A stretch of 64,000 nt of DNA from positions 19,265 through 83,264 of the forward strand of contig JBEKDV010000001.1 in NCBI GenBank assembly GCA_050014175.1. Reading direction: 5' to 3'. Numbering within the stretch: position 1 is the stretch's first letter; every line of letters starts with the position of its first letter. This DNA comes from Candidatus Solibacter sp. Lineage in GTDB: Bacteria > Acidobacteriota > Terriglobia > Bryobacterales > Bryobacteraceae. Below are positions 39,862-49,225 of the stretch, one piece after another. Made by a program: the position numbers and the translations under genes. The notes under the pieces were generated by a model, which was not told where the DNA came from, ran no database searches, and saw nothing but the letters and a program-made list of their open reading frames with translations.

Positions 39862-40542
39862 TCACTCTGCCAATTTGGCCACTAGTCGCGGGACCGCGCC
39901 CGATTGCAGGCTTCCCACGAGTTCTTCCCGCAGGGCTTCACGGCCGCGCAGGATTCGGGATTTCACTGTTCCCAACGAAACCCCGAGGATTTCCGCGATT
40001 TCCTCGTAAGCCAGGTCCGAGATGTCTCGCAGCGCCACGGCTTCCCGGAAGATCGGGTTGATTCTCTTCAGCGCAGCCTCAATCATGATGTGCTGTTCGC
40101 CGTCGAAGGCCGCCTCAAAGGGAGAACGGCCGCGATCTGGAATGATCTCCTTCCAATTGCGGGACTCTTCCGGATTCTTATCCAACTCCACCTCGGCGCG
40201 CCGATGCCGAAAAAACCAGCGCCGGGCGTTGTGGGCTTCATTCACCGTAATCCGGTAGATCCACGTTTTCAGAGTGCTTTGGCCGCGGAAACTACCCACG
40301 TTCCGAAAGACCTTCAAGAATACTTCCTGAACCACGTCGCAGGCCTCGGCCTGATCGTCCAAGAGTCGCAAGGCGAGTGCGTAAACGGGTTGCTGGAAGC
40401 GGATCAGCAACTCCTCGTAGGCCCTTTCGGAACCTTCGCGCAAGCACTCTACAAGGTGGAGATCCGCCGCGTCCACCGTTTCCGCTGTACGGTCCGGGCT
40501 TAAATCGAAGATGGAAGTGCCCACGGGGAGCCTCACATTCAA
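39862..40542 (-). CDS. ECF-type RNA polymerase sigma factor
   Basis: Region 2 (DVVQEVFLKVFRN) and region 4 (REAVALRDISDLAYEEIAEILGVSLGTVKSRILRGR). Confidence 0.85.
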   Translation of the reverse strand: MNVRLPVGTSIFDLSPDRTAETVDAADLHLVECLREGSERAYEELLIRFQQPVYALALRLLDDQAEACDVVQEVFLKVFRNVGSFRGQSTLKTWIYRITVNEAHNARRWFFRHRRAEVELDKNPEESRNWKEIIPDRGRSPFEAAFDGEQHIMIEAALKRINPIFREAVALRDISDLAYEEIAEILGVSLGTVKSRILRGREALREELVGSLQSGAVPRLVAKLAE

Positions 40543-40584
40543 CCTGATCTCAACGTATCAGGAAAAAGTCCGCCTTGCAAAGGA

Positions 40585-40613
40585 GTAGACACCCGTAGGG
40601 CGAAAAAAGTTCC
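40585..40613 (-). promoter_or_regulatory. Candidate autoregulated ECF promoter (GGAACTT-N17-TCTAC on the minus strand)
   Basis: Motif about 40 nt upstream of the sigma ORF. It resembles the RpoE-type GGAACTT/TCTAA consensus. Judged by eye only. Confidence 0.35.
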
Positions 40614-40678
40614 CTGGTCCGCGAAGTTTTTGTGCCACAAGCACTTGGCGGCGTCCCGCTCGACGCAGCCAAGCGGCG

Positions 40679-41809
40679 TCATAACGAGGCGTTCACCACG
40701 TCCGTGTAATAGTTCTCGTACTGGGGGATGATGCGCTCGGTGCAGAAGCGCTCGCCGGCGTTCCAGCGCCCCGCTTTGGCCAGGCGCCAGTGCAGAGCGT
40801 CGTCGGTGAGCAGCGCCACCACCCGCGCGGCCTGCGCCGCGATATCGCCGACCGCCTCCAGGTACCCGTCCTCACCGTCGGTAATGAGTTCCGGGACCCC
40901 GCCCACGCGCGTCGCCACCGGCACCACGCCGCACGCCATCGCCTCCAGCGCCGCCAGGCCGAAGGACTCCATCTCGCTCGGCATGAGCAGCACATGGGCC
41001 AGCGGAATCAGCCGCTCCACGTGATTCTGCTTGCCCAGAAACAGGACGTCCCGGTCCACTTTCAGGGTGCGCGCCAGGTGCTCCGCGGGGCCACGCTCGG
41101 GACCGTCGCCGGCCATCAGCAATCGCGCCGGGACGCTTTTGCGCACTTCCGCCAGAATGCGGATGCAATCCAGCACGCGCTTCACGGGGCGGAAATTGGA
41201 GAGGTGGATCAGCAGCTTCTCGCCGCCCGGCGCGTAGGCCGCCGCACCCTTCTTTTCGTTGTCGGGATGGTACAGTTCGCAATTCACGAAGTTCTTGATG
41301 ACGCGGATCTCGTTGCGCACACCGAAGATTTCCACCGTCTGCTCGCGCAGATTGTCGCTGATGGCCGTGATGCCGTCCGATTTCTCGATGGAAAATTTGG
41401 TGATCCCAAAATACGATGGGTCCGCGCCCACCAGGGTGATATCGGTGCCGTGGAGGGTGGTGATGTAGGGCAGGCGGCGCGCGCCCGCCACCATCTGCTG
41501 CGCCAGCAGAGCCGCAATCGAATGCGGAATCGCGTAGTGCACGTGCAGCACGTCGAGTTGGTAGCTCTCGGCCACTTCCGCCATGCGTCCGGCCAGCGCC
41601 AGGCAGTAGGGCGGGTATTGAAACAGGGGGTAGTTGGAGACCTCCACTTCGTGATAGTGAATGCGCGGCGTATCCGGATCCAGGCGGATGGGATTCGCGT
41701 AAGTGATGAAATGGACCTCGTGCCCGCGGGCGGCCAGTTCCATTCCCAGCTCGGTGGCGACAATCCCGCTGCCGCCGTAGGTTGGATAGCAAGTGATGCC
41801 GACGTTCAC
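40679..41809 (-). CDS. bshA: N-acetyl-alpha-D-glucosaminyl L-malate synthase (bacillithiol biosynthesis GT4)
   Basis: NVGITCYPTYGGSGIVATELGMELAARGHEVHFI N-terminus and GT4 EsFGLAALEAMACG motif. GTG start overlaps the upstream stop (GTGA). Confidence 0.8.
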   Translation of the reverse strand: MNVGITCYPTYGGSGIVATELGMELAARGHEVHFITYANPIRLDPDTPRIHYHEVEVSNYPLFQYPPYCLALAGRMAEVAESYQLDVLHVHYAIPHSIAALLAQQMVAGARRLPYITTLHGTDITLVGADPSYFGITKFSIEKSDGITAISDNLREQTVEIFGVRNEIRVIKNFVNCELYHPDNEKKGAAAYAPGGEKLLIHLSNFRPVKRVLDCIRILAEVRKSVPARLLMAGDGPERGPAEHLARTLKVDRDVLFLGKQNHVERLIPLAHVLLMPSEMESFGLAALEAMACGVVPVATRVGGVPELITDGEDGYLEAVGDIAAQAARVVALLTDDALHWRLAKAGRWNAGERFCTERIIPQYENYYTDVVNASL

Positions 41810-42777
41810 CTGGCCAGCGTAGCAAACCCGATCTGCCCGTGCAGATTCTCATCCGGCGACGCCACGTCCCCGCCGCCGAACCACACCAGGATCCGGCCGC
41901 CTTCCACCACCACCGTCGGGTCGCAGATCACCTTGGAGTTCCAGGCCTGCGTACCCTTGTATTGCACCGCGAGCCTGGTCCAGCGCACGCCATCGGTGGA
42001 ACGCGCCAGCCGCAGATAGCGGTTCTCGGCGAAATCGCGGACCGTGTACAGCATCCAGTAGAAGCCGTCCGACTGCCACACGGCGGGCTCGCCGATTCCG
42101 GCTTCCTCCTCATCCATCTCCACCACCGGATTCGACCGCAGCTTCTCCCAGTGCACGCCATCGCCGCTGCGCGCCACGCCGATGCGCTGCCGCGCGGCGC
42201 GATCCTGCCCCAGGTAGTAGAGGTAGAAGTAGGGTTCGATTCGGATGACGTAAGGGTCGGCGACGGCGCGCTCGTCCCACGCGCCCACCGGACCCACGTC
42301 GAGGACGGGGGCGGGCTCAAGCTGCCACGCGCGCGCATCGGCCGAGCGGGCGAGCGAGATACGCAGCCGATCCTTCGTTCCCGTCTCGTACCAATACCGG
42401 AATTGCCCTCCATAAGAAAGCACGCTGCCGTTGGCCGCGATGTAGCTGCCCGCCGCGGCGCGCAGCACGATCCCCTGCTTCCGCCAGTGCACGCCGTCGT
42501 CGCTCGTGGCCAGCGCCGTATGCCATTGCCCGTCGTACACCGAATAGAGGTTGACCCTCCCCGCCACCGACGGATTCAGGGCATCGTGGAACTGGTCGCG
42601 GGTGAGGACGGGATCGGGCTCCGCCACGAACCGGAATACCAGTGATGGATCGCCCCCACGCACCTCAGGCAACGTGAAGTTGGAGTACCGGCCGCACCCC
42701 GAGGCGAGAAGAAGAAGAATAGCCGCCGATGAACGCAGATAAACGCCGATAAGCAGTTTTGCTTTATCCGCGTTCAT
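41806..42777 (-). CDS. Beta-propeller glycosidase-like lipoprotein (GH43/GH130/DUF377-like)
   Basis: Lipobox LLLLASGC; repeated SxDGVHW/GxRW blade motifs. The ATG and first ~18 codons derive from a REP family A arm. Confidence 0.55.
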   Translation of the reverse strand: MNADKAKLLIGVYLRSSAAILLLLASGCGRYSNFTLPEVRGGDPSLVFRFVAEPDPVLTRDQFHDALNPSVAGRVNLYSVYDGQWHTALATSDDGVHWRKQGIVLRAAAGSYIAANGSVLSYGGQFRYWYETGTKDRLRISLARSADARAWQLEPAPVLDVGPVGAWDERAVADPYVIRIEPYFYLYYLGQDRAARQRIGVARSGDGVHWEKLRSNPVVEMDEEEAGIGEPAVWQSDGFYWMLYTVRDFAENRYLRLARSTDGVRWTRLAVQYKGTQAWNSKVICDPTVVVEGGRILVWFGGGDVASPDENLHGQIGFATLAR

Positions 42778-42794
42778 CGGCGTTCATCGGCGGC
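42722..42794. repeat. REP family A copy
   Basis: gccgccgatgaacgcagataaacgccgataag ... cttatccgcgttcatcggcgttcatcggcggc. Confidence 0.9.
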
Positions 42795-42805
42795 CATTGT
42801 TCTCT

Positions 42806-43954
42806 TCACGTCAACGGAATCCTGAATTTGATTCCCGACCCGCGTCCGGGGCGCGATTCCAGCACCAGGTCGGCATTCAAAGAGCGCGCCCGCCGTTTCA
42901 AACTGGCCGGACCGAGGCGCAGTAGTTCCAACTCCTCCAGCGAGTACGACCCCGCGAATCCGAACCCGTGGCCGTTGTCGTCGACGGAAATCTCCAGGCC
43001 GCGGTCCGTCTTCTCCATGGCCACCGCCACGCGCGTTGCTCCGGCGTGCTTCTGCACGTTGTGCAACGCCTCGCGCACCATTTGCAGCACTTCGAGGGTC
43101 ATCTCGGGCGGCAAACCTACCGGCGAGTTGGTCCCCAGGAAGGTGACCGGAATCCCGCTCTCCTTCTGGAAGCTTTCGGCGGCGCGGCGCGCCGTGGCCA
43201 CCAGGTTGGCGCCGTCCACGTCCACGGGCCGCATGGCGTGCAGGAACGTGCGCAGGTCGCGCACCTGGGTTTGCGCCAGCGCCTGCAATTGCTTCAGGTC
43301 GGCCAGCCCCGCGTTGAGGTCCCGATCCATCAGCTTGCGCAGGATCTCCAGCCGCATCTGCAAACTGATGAAGCTCTGCAAGGGCCCATCGTGAAAATCG
43401 CTGGCGATGCGCACGCGCTCCAGTTCGCGCGCCTTCTCCGCCGCCTTCTCCGCCTCGAGCAGCTTCTCGCGCAACTGTGCGATTTCGAGGCCGCGCTCGC
43501 GCTTGTTCACGGCGAACGCACAGGCCACCACACCCGCCACCACCACGGTCCGCTCCAGGGCCAGCGCGCCGTAGGGCAGCACAGCGCAGAACACGGCGCA
43601 GACGGCCACAATCACCACCACTTCCACGGTGCTGTAAAAAGCCAACGCTTCCCCCATCAGGAACAGGAACAACGCGCTGGCCAGCCACAACCTGCGGTCG
43701 GCGCCATAACTGGCCACGATCAGGAAGAAGACGGTGTCGCCGAACAGGGCCAGCAGCCCCAGCATGCCGGTGTGACTCCGGCCGCGCAGCGCCACCACCA
43801 CCGCATACACCAGGTAAAGCGCCATCACGCCGTAAAACATCGGCACAACCCCGCCTGGCAGAAACAGGTAGGCGGCCGCCGGGGCAATGGCAGCCAGCAG
43901 GACCCGGACCCAGGCCGCGTAGCGGGGCCACGTTAATTGTGGCGAATATAGCAC
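42806..43954 (-). CDS. Membrane sensor histidine kinase (HisKA_3 / NarX-DesK type); no adjacent response regulator
   Basis: Five or six N-terminal TMs, H-box RIASDFHDGPLQ, and HATPase region (EALHNVQKHAGA ... DDNGHGF). Confidence 0.8.
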   Translation of the reverse strand: MLYSPQLTWPRYAAWVRVLLAAIAPAAAYLFLPGGVVPMFYGVMALYLVYAVVVALRGRSHTGMLGLLALFGDTVFFLIVASYGADRRLWLASALFLFLMGEALAFYSTVEVVVIVAVCAVFCAVLPYGALALERTVVVAGVVACAFAVNKRERGLEIAQLREKLLEAEKAAEKARELERVRIASDFHDGPLQSFISLQMRLEILRKLMDRDLNAGLADLKQLQALAQTQVRDLRTFLHAMRPVDVDGANLVATARRAAESFQKESGIPVTFLGTNSPVGLPPEMTLEVLQMVREALHNVQKHAGATRVAVAMEKTDRGLEISVDDNGHGFGFAGSYSLEELELLRLGPASLKRRARSLNADLVLESRPGRGSGIKFRIPLT

Positions 43955-43957
43955 GAT

Positions 43958-44494
43958 CTATTTCCGGTACAGATAAAGAGTGTGACTCCGGCCTTCGCCG
44001 TCGTCAGCGATGTTCTCCACCTTTTCGGGCGTCCAGTTGCGGAAATCGAAGTCCTTGGCCACGATGCGCGCGCCCTTCTTCAACTGCCTGTCCAAGAGCG
44101 GCTGAACTTTGTTGTTCACCGCATCCGGCAACAGGTACACGGTAACCAGGTCGGCGGAACTGTAGTTCTGTTTTAGCAGATCGCCGTTGACGATGTGAGC
44201 GTTCTTTTCCAACCCCAGTTTGAGGATCTTCGCGGCGCTCTGCTTGCAGAGATCCTTGTCCAGCTCGACCCCTACGGCTTCGGCATGAAACTTCTGGGCG
44301 GCCACGATGACGATGCGGCCGTCGCCGCTGCCCAGGTCATACATCTTCTCCCCGGCCTTCAGTCCGCCGAGGCTCAGCATCTTCTCCACGATGGTTTCCG
44401 GAGTGGGGTAGTAGGGCGCAAGCTTCTCCGCATCGCCGGTTTGGGCACTCAGGGCGGCACAACCGGCGGCCAGCAGTAAACAGGCTCTCCGCAT
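43958..44494 (-). CDS. Class I SAM-dependent methyltransferase with an N-terminal signal-like sequence
   Basis: MRRACLLLAAGCAALSAQ, then MYDLGSGDGRIVIVAAQ (motif I) ... VTVYLLP. Confidence 0.7.
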   Translation of the reverse strand: MRRACLLLAAGCAALSAQTGDAEKLAPYYPTPETIVEKMLSLGGLKAGEKMYDLGSGDGRIVIVAAQKFHAEAVGVELDKDLCKQSAAKILKLGLEKNAHIVNGDLLKQNYSSADLVTVYLLPDAVNNKVQPLLDRQLKKGARIVAKDFDFRNWTPEKVENIADDGEGRSHTLYLYRK

Positions 44495-44542
44495 CTCCTC
44501 TCAATCCTACCCCAAACTCCCGATGCCGGCGGAATTGGGATT

Positions 44543-44576
44543 TTTTCCACCGTTTTGTGGAAAATCCTGTGGAAAT
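44543..44576. promoter_or_regulatory. Inverted repeat TTTTCCAC-N6-GTGGAAAA plus a third half-site GTGGAAAT
   Basis: Read directly, 50-80 nt upstream of the minus-strand methyltransferase start, in an AT-richer intergenic region. Confidence 0.3.
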
Positions 44577-44795
44577 CTCCGTGTGTAACGCGTCTGAAAC
44601 TCTCAAATATTTGTCGTTAAGCAACATTCTGCACACGAATACAGCAAGCTTTGCCAGGGGTGAATTAAGCTGTATCGATACAAGTAATTGCGGGGAGTTT
44701 ACAGGGCGCTTCCGGGCCGACTTTGTTCCATTTTGGAACATGGCGGCAGCGGCACTGCACCGTCGGCGGCCCCCGTCCAGCGGGGCGGCCAGAAC

Positions 44796-45596
44796 TTATT
44801 TGCCCAAGGAGGCGGCCCGCTGCTTGCATTGCGCCGCCAACTTTTCAGCGCCGCGCGCGAGAATTCCGACATCGCTGCCCACGGCCACGAAAGTGAAGCC
44901 CCATTCCAGGTAGCGCGCCGCCGCGTCGGCATCGGACGTCAGGATGCCGGCCGCCTTCCCGGCGGCGCGAATGCGCGCGCCGCCCTGGGCAATGGCGGCC
45001 TGAACCTCCGCATGATTGGGATTTCCCAGGTGCCCGAGATCGGCCGCCAGGTCGCTGGGCCCGATGAAGATGCCGTCCACGCCCTCGACGGCGGCAATGG
45101 CCTCGATTTCGCGCAGGGCGGAGACCGTTTCCACCTGAACCAGGACACAGATGTGCTCATGGGCACTACCATGATAGTTGGGAACGCGGCCGTAGAGATT
45201 GGCGCGCGGCGCCACCGAGACGCCGCGGATTCCGAGCGGCGGATAACGCGTCGCGGCCACCGCCCGTTGGGCCTCCCCGGCGTTCTGCACGAACGGAACC
45301 AGCAGGCCGCGCGCGCCGATATCCAGAATCCGCTTGATCAGGACGGCGTCGTTCCACGCGCAACGGACCACCGGCTCGGCGGTTCCATTGACCATGGCCT
45401 GCAACTGGGACAACACTCCGGGAACCTCGTTGGGAGCGTGCTCGGTATCGATTACGATCCAATCGAAACCGGCGCCGCCGATGATCTCCGCGGCGATGTT
45501 GCTCGCGAGCGAACTCCACAAACCAATCTGCGGCCGCCCGTCGAGCAGCGCGGCTTTGAAGCGATTCGGCGGGAGGCTTAGGTTATCTTGGGACAA
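44796..45596 (-). CDS. HpcH/HpaI-family 2-keto-3-deoxy-acid aldolase
   Basis: NRFKAALLDGRPQIGLW...DWIVIDTEHAPN...VPFVQNAGEA pattern; 266 aa. Confidence 0.85.
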   Translation of the reverse strand: MSQDNLSLPPNRFKAALLDGRPQIGLWSSLASNIAAEIIGGAGFDWIVIDTEHAPNEVPGVLSQLQAMVNGTAEPVVRCAWNDAVLIKRILDIGARGLLVPFVQNAGEAQRAVAATRYPPLGIRGVSVAPRANLYGRVPNYHGSAHEHICVLVQVETVSALREIEAIAAVEGVDGIFIGPSDLAADLGHLGNPNHAEVQAAIAQGGARIRAAGKAAGILTSDADAAARYLEWGFTFVAVGSDVGILARGAEKLAAQCKQRAASLGK

Positions 45597-45657
45597 GATT
45601 TTTCCTCCGGCAATTCGTAAGAACGCGATCTATTGAGAAACATTCGTCATCATAGCC

Positions 45658-46965
45658 TCAAAGCGAGGGCGCCTCGATGGAACCTGCCCCCGGCGCGTAC
45701 CGTTCCTTCACCATCAATACATAGGAGAGGACGCCGGCCACCAGAAACACGCAGCAGGCGAGCATGGGCGCGTCGTAACTGCCGGTCTTCTGTTTGAGCC
45801 AGCCGGTGAGGATGGGCGCCACGATACCCGCCACACTGGCCGCGCAGTTCTGCACCCCGGAGATACGCCCGATGGCCGAGGCGGGGATCAGGGTCTGCGT
45901 TAACGCCCAATAGTTGGCCGTCGCCAGCCCCAGGCCGGAGAGCGAAACCACCGAGAACACGAGCGCCACGGGAATCGACGTAGCCTGCGCGCCGATCAAC
46001 TCCGTGCAGGCGACCGCAAAACCGGCGATGGTAAACCACTTCCGCACCGTCACCGGATTGCCGCCGCGCCCGATCACCAGATCTGCCGCCCATCCCGCCA
46101 GGGCGGCCACAACGGCCATTCCGCCGAAGCTGAAGAAGGTATACAGGCCCATCCGCGAGAGCGAGAGATGGCGGCGCTCCATGAAATAGGCGGGCATCCA
46201 GGTCATGCAGAAATACACGAAGTACATGTAGGCGAAGGTGGCGATGACGGTGCCCCAGGTCACGGGACTGGCCAGCAAGCGGTGGAACGACACCGCTTTG
46301 GCCGCACCCCCTCCGGCGGACGGCGCCGGGGCGCGGTCGCCGTCTTTGACGAGCAGCATCCACGGGATCAGCCAGATGAGACCGCCCAGGCCCACCAGCA
46401 CGAACATGGTCCTCCAGTCGTGATGCAAGATCAGCCAGGCGGCCAGCGGAGTGCCGATGGCGGGGCCGATCTTGGTGCCCGTCATGTAGAGGCCCACCGC
46501 CAGCCCGCGCCGGCGCTCGGCGAAGTTGAGGCGAATCCACCGGTAGCTCGCGGGCGCGACCACGCTTTCGCCCACGCCGAGCAGAATCCGCAAGGCGATC
46601 AACTGGGCCACCGAGCCTGCCAGGGCCGCTGCCGCGGAAGCCACGCACCAGAACAGGAAACTGAGCGCGTAGGGCCACTTCACGCCGTAGCGATCCACCA
46701 CCCACCCGGCCGGTATCTGCAGCGCCGCATACGCCCAGAAGAACGCCGAGTTCAGCAGACCGCGATCGGTGTCGGAAAGGTGAAACGAGCGGATGAAATC
46801 GGGGGTGACCAGGGCGACCGAGAGGTTGGATCGCGACGCGTACGCAATGATCATGCCGAGGCTGAGCAGCCCGATCACGGCCCAACGCCGCCCCGCGTCT
46901 TCCTCCGTGAGGATTCCCGCGGACGACGCCGAGGCAGAACCCGCAATTTCTGGATTTCCGCTCAT
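45658..46965 (-). CDS. MFS transporter (anion:cation symporter / hexuronate-type)
   Basis: 12 TM helices with a DRYGVKWP-like loop motif between TM2 and TM3. Confidence 0.8.
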   Translation of the reverse strand: MSGNPEIAGSASASSAGILTEEDAGRRWAVIGLLSLGMIIAYASRSNLSVALVTPDFIRSFHLSDTDRGLLNSAFFWAYAALQIPAGWVVDRYGVKWPYALSFLFWCVASAAAALAGSVAQLIALRILLGVGESVVAPASYRWIRLNFAERRRGLAVGLYMTGTKIGPAIGTPLAAWLILHHDWRTMFVLVGLGGLIWLIPWMLLVKDGDRAPAPSAGGGAAKAVSFHRLLASPVTWGTVIATFAYMYFVYFCMTWMPAYFMERRHLSLSRMGLYTFFSFGGMAVVAALAGWAADLVIGRGGNPVTVRKWFTIAGFAVACTELIGAQATSIPVALVFSVVSLSGLGLATANYWALTQTLIPASAIGRISGVQNCAASVAGIVAPILTGWLKQKTGSYDAPMLACCVFLVAGVLSYVLMVKERYAPGAGSIEAPSL

Positions 46966-47007
46966 ACGGGAACTCAGGTTCGGAAAACGCCGCCGCCAGT
47001 GAAACCG

Positions 47008-47622
47008 CTAGATCCAGACCTTTTCCAGCGGCACACCGCGCTTGCACATTTCGCAACGCGCCGCGTCGGCGTAGTAGCGCGCGTCCAGCTTGGCCAGATA
47101 GTACAGGGGCAGATTGCCGAAATCGTGGGTGTCCGGCGTGGGCTGATAAATAATCACCGCCAACCCGACCACCGTGGCGCCGCGCGATTCCAACAGCCGC
47201 TTGAGCTCATCCAGGTTCTTTCCGGTCCGCAGGATATCGTCCACCAGCACCACCTGCTCGCCCGGCTGCTGCTCCAGGTACTGCCGGAAATGGAGGGCTT
47301 CGCCGTCATGCTCGCGCTCCGCCCAGTACACCTGCTTGGCGCGCAGCGCTTCGGTGACGCCGTACGCCACGGGCAGCCCGCCGGTCATGGGGACCACGAT
47401 GGAAAGCTCCGGCACAATGGCGCGGATTTCCGGGTTGGCGCGCAGCAGGCGGCTCAACCCGACACTGAGCATGCGCTGATACTGGTAGTAGCGCATGGCC
47501 AGCGGCACCTGCAGGTACTCGTTGGAGTGCAATCCGCTCGGATACTCGAAGTGGCCCTCGCGCAGCGCGCCGGTCTCGCGCAGCACCGCGACCACTTCCT
47601 CTTGCGTCGGAATGATGTGCAT
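47008..47622 (-). CDS. Orotate phosphoribosyltransferase-like PRTase
   Basis: GHFEYPSGLHSNEYLQ and PRPP-binding loop VVLVDDILRTGKN. Confidence 0.75.
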   Translation of the reverse strand: MHIIPTQEEVVAVLRETGALREGHFEYPSGLHSNEYLQVPLAMRYYQYQRMLSVGLSRLLRANPEIRAIVPELSIVVPMTGGLPVAYGVTEALRAKQVYWAEREHDGEALHFRQYLEQQPGEQVVLVDDILRTGKNLDELKRLLESRGATVVGLAVIIYQPTPDTHDFGNLPLYYLAKLDARYYADAARCEMCKRGVPLEKVWI

Positions 47623-47650
47623 CGTCTCTCTCCGCCCCGGGCCCGGGGCT

Positions 47651-49060
47651 TCAATTCGCCCCGCGGCCAGTCAGCACGCGGGGAATAGTCTGCAACAGAA
47701 TCTTCCAGTCTAACGCCAGCGACCAGTTGTCGATGTACTGCATGTCCATCTTCATCCAGGTCTCGAAATCCACGTTGTCGCGGCCCGAGATGGCCCACAA
47801 ACAGGTCAGCCCGGGACGCATGCGCAGGCGGCGCCGCTGCCAGCGCTGATACTGCTCCACCTCGCTCGGCACGGCGGGACGCGGACCCACCAGCGACATA
47901 TCGCCGCGCAGCACGTTCCACAACTGCGGCCACTCGTCGATGGAAAACTTGCGCAGATAGTGGCCGATCGCGGTCAAGCGCGGGTCGCCGGGAATCTTGA
48001 ATGCCGTCTCCCGGACATTCAGATGTTCCAGGTCCTTCTTCATGGCCTCGGCGTTTTCCACCATGGACCGGAATTTGTAGAACAGGAACAGCCGGCCGTT
48101 CAACCCGCAGCGCACCTGGCGGAAGATCGCCGGTCCGGGCGACGTCAGCCGGATGAGCAGCGCAATGGCCGCCATCAACGGCGACAGCACCACCAGACCG
48201 GCGGCCGCGATGGCGACATCCGTCATGCGCTTCAACAGCAGTCTGATTTCGTCGTAGGGAGCGGCGGAGAACGTCAATAGGGGCGTTTCTCCGAACCGGT
48301 CCAGCGATACCGTGCTGTTGACGTGCGGAAAGAAGTCCACCGCCACGCGCGTGCGGACGCCTTCTTCGTCGCACATCAGAAAGATTTCTTCCAGTTCCGC
48401 CAGGCTTTCGCTGCCCACCGCGAAGATCACCTCGTCCACCACATGCTGCCGCAAGATGGAGGGCAGATCGGCGATGGGCAGGACCTGGTAGAGCCCGCGC
48501 AGTTGGATCTGCGCCGGCGCGCCGGCGTTCTCGCTCAAGAAGCCGCGCAGGCGGATTCCATACTCGCTCGATTGCTCCAGGCCCCGCGCCATGCGCAGCG
48601 CGCGCTCGCCGGTGCCGGCCACCATGACGTAGTGCGGGGCCGCGAACTCGCGCCGGATGACTCCCACCACGCGTCCCGCCGTGAGGCGGAACAACAGCAG
48701 CAGCACCCCCGCGTAGGCCGAATAGAGAACCAGGAAGAAGCGGCTCAGATCCAGGCGGAACACATATTCGAAGACAATCAGGCAGAGCGCCCCATAGCCG
48801 CACTGGCGCGCCACATCGCGCAGGATTACGCGCGGATTGCCGATGTCCAGTTTTTCGTAGACTTCCAGCCACAGGCCGATGGCGACCCACGCCGCCAGGG
48901 CAAAAGTGAGCACCAGCGCCTTGCGTTCGACGGTGAGATAGAAGGCGCGCTCCAGATGCAGCAGGACGCGCGTCTGGTAAGCCGCCTCAAACGCCAGCGC
49001 GGCTAAGAGGACGTCGGACAGTGCAAACAAAACACGGGCTTTACGATGTCGTCCAAACAT
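47651..49060 (-). CDS. Exopolysaccharide priming polyprenyl-phosphate glycosyl-1-phosphate transferase (WcaJ/EpsB-type)
   Basis: N-terminal TMs, central Rossmann-like domain and C-terminal Bac_transf motifs (DEWPQLWNVLRGDMSLVGPRP). Confidence 0.85.
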   Translation of the reverse strand: MFGRHRKARVLFALSDVLLAALAFEAAYQTRVLLHLERAFYLTVERKALVLTFALAAWVAIGLWLEVYEKLDIGNPRVILRDVARQCGYGALCLIVFEYVFRLDLSRFFLVLYSAYAGVLLLLFRLTAGRVVGVIRREFAAPHYVMVAGTGERALRMARGLEQSSEYGIRLRGFLSENAGAPAQIQLRGLYQVLPIADLPSILRQHVVDEVIFAVGSESLAELEEIFLMCDEEGVRTRVAVDFFPHVNSTVSLDRFGETPLLTFSAAPYDEIRLLLKRMTDVAIAAAGLVVLSPLMAAIALLIRLTSPGPAIFRQVRCGLNGRLFLFYKFRSMVENAEAMKKDLEHLNVRETAFKIPGDPRLTAIGHYLRKFSIDEWPQLWNVLRGDMSLVGPRPAVPSEVEQYQRWQRRRLRMRPGLTCLWAISGRDNVDFETWMKMDMQYIDNWSLALDWKILLQTIPRVLTGRGAN

Positions 49061-49225
49061 CCGGATTCAGCATATCACGCGGCGCGCCGCTCAGCGCCCC
49101 GCTCCTGGCGGCTCGCTTCCGGCGCCTCGGCCGCCAGCCGGCAAACGCACCGCTCTCGCCGGTAAAACCGGGGCGCTGGCCGATTTCCGCAAGACTCCGG
49201 CCAGCCGCCACCGTAAGCTGAACTC

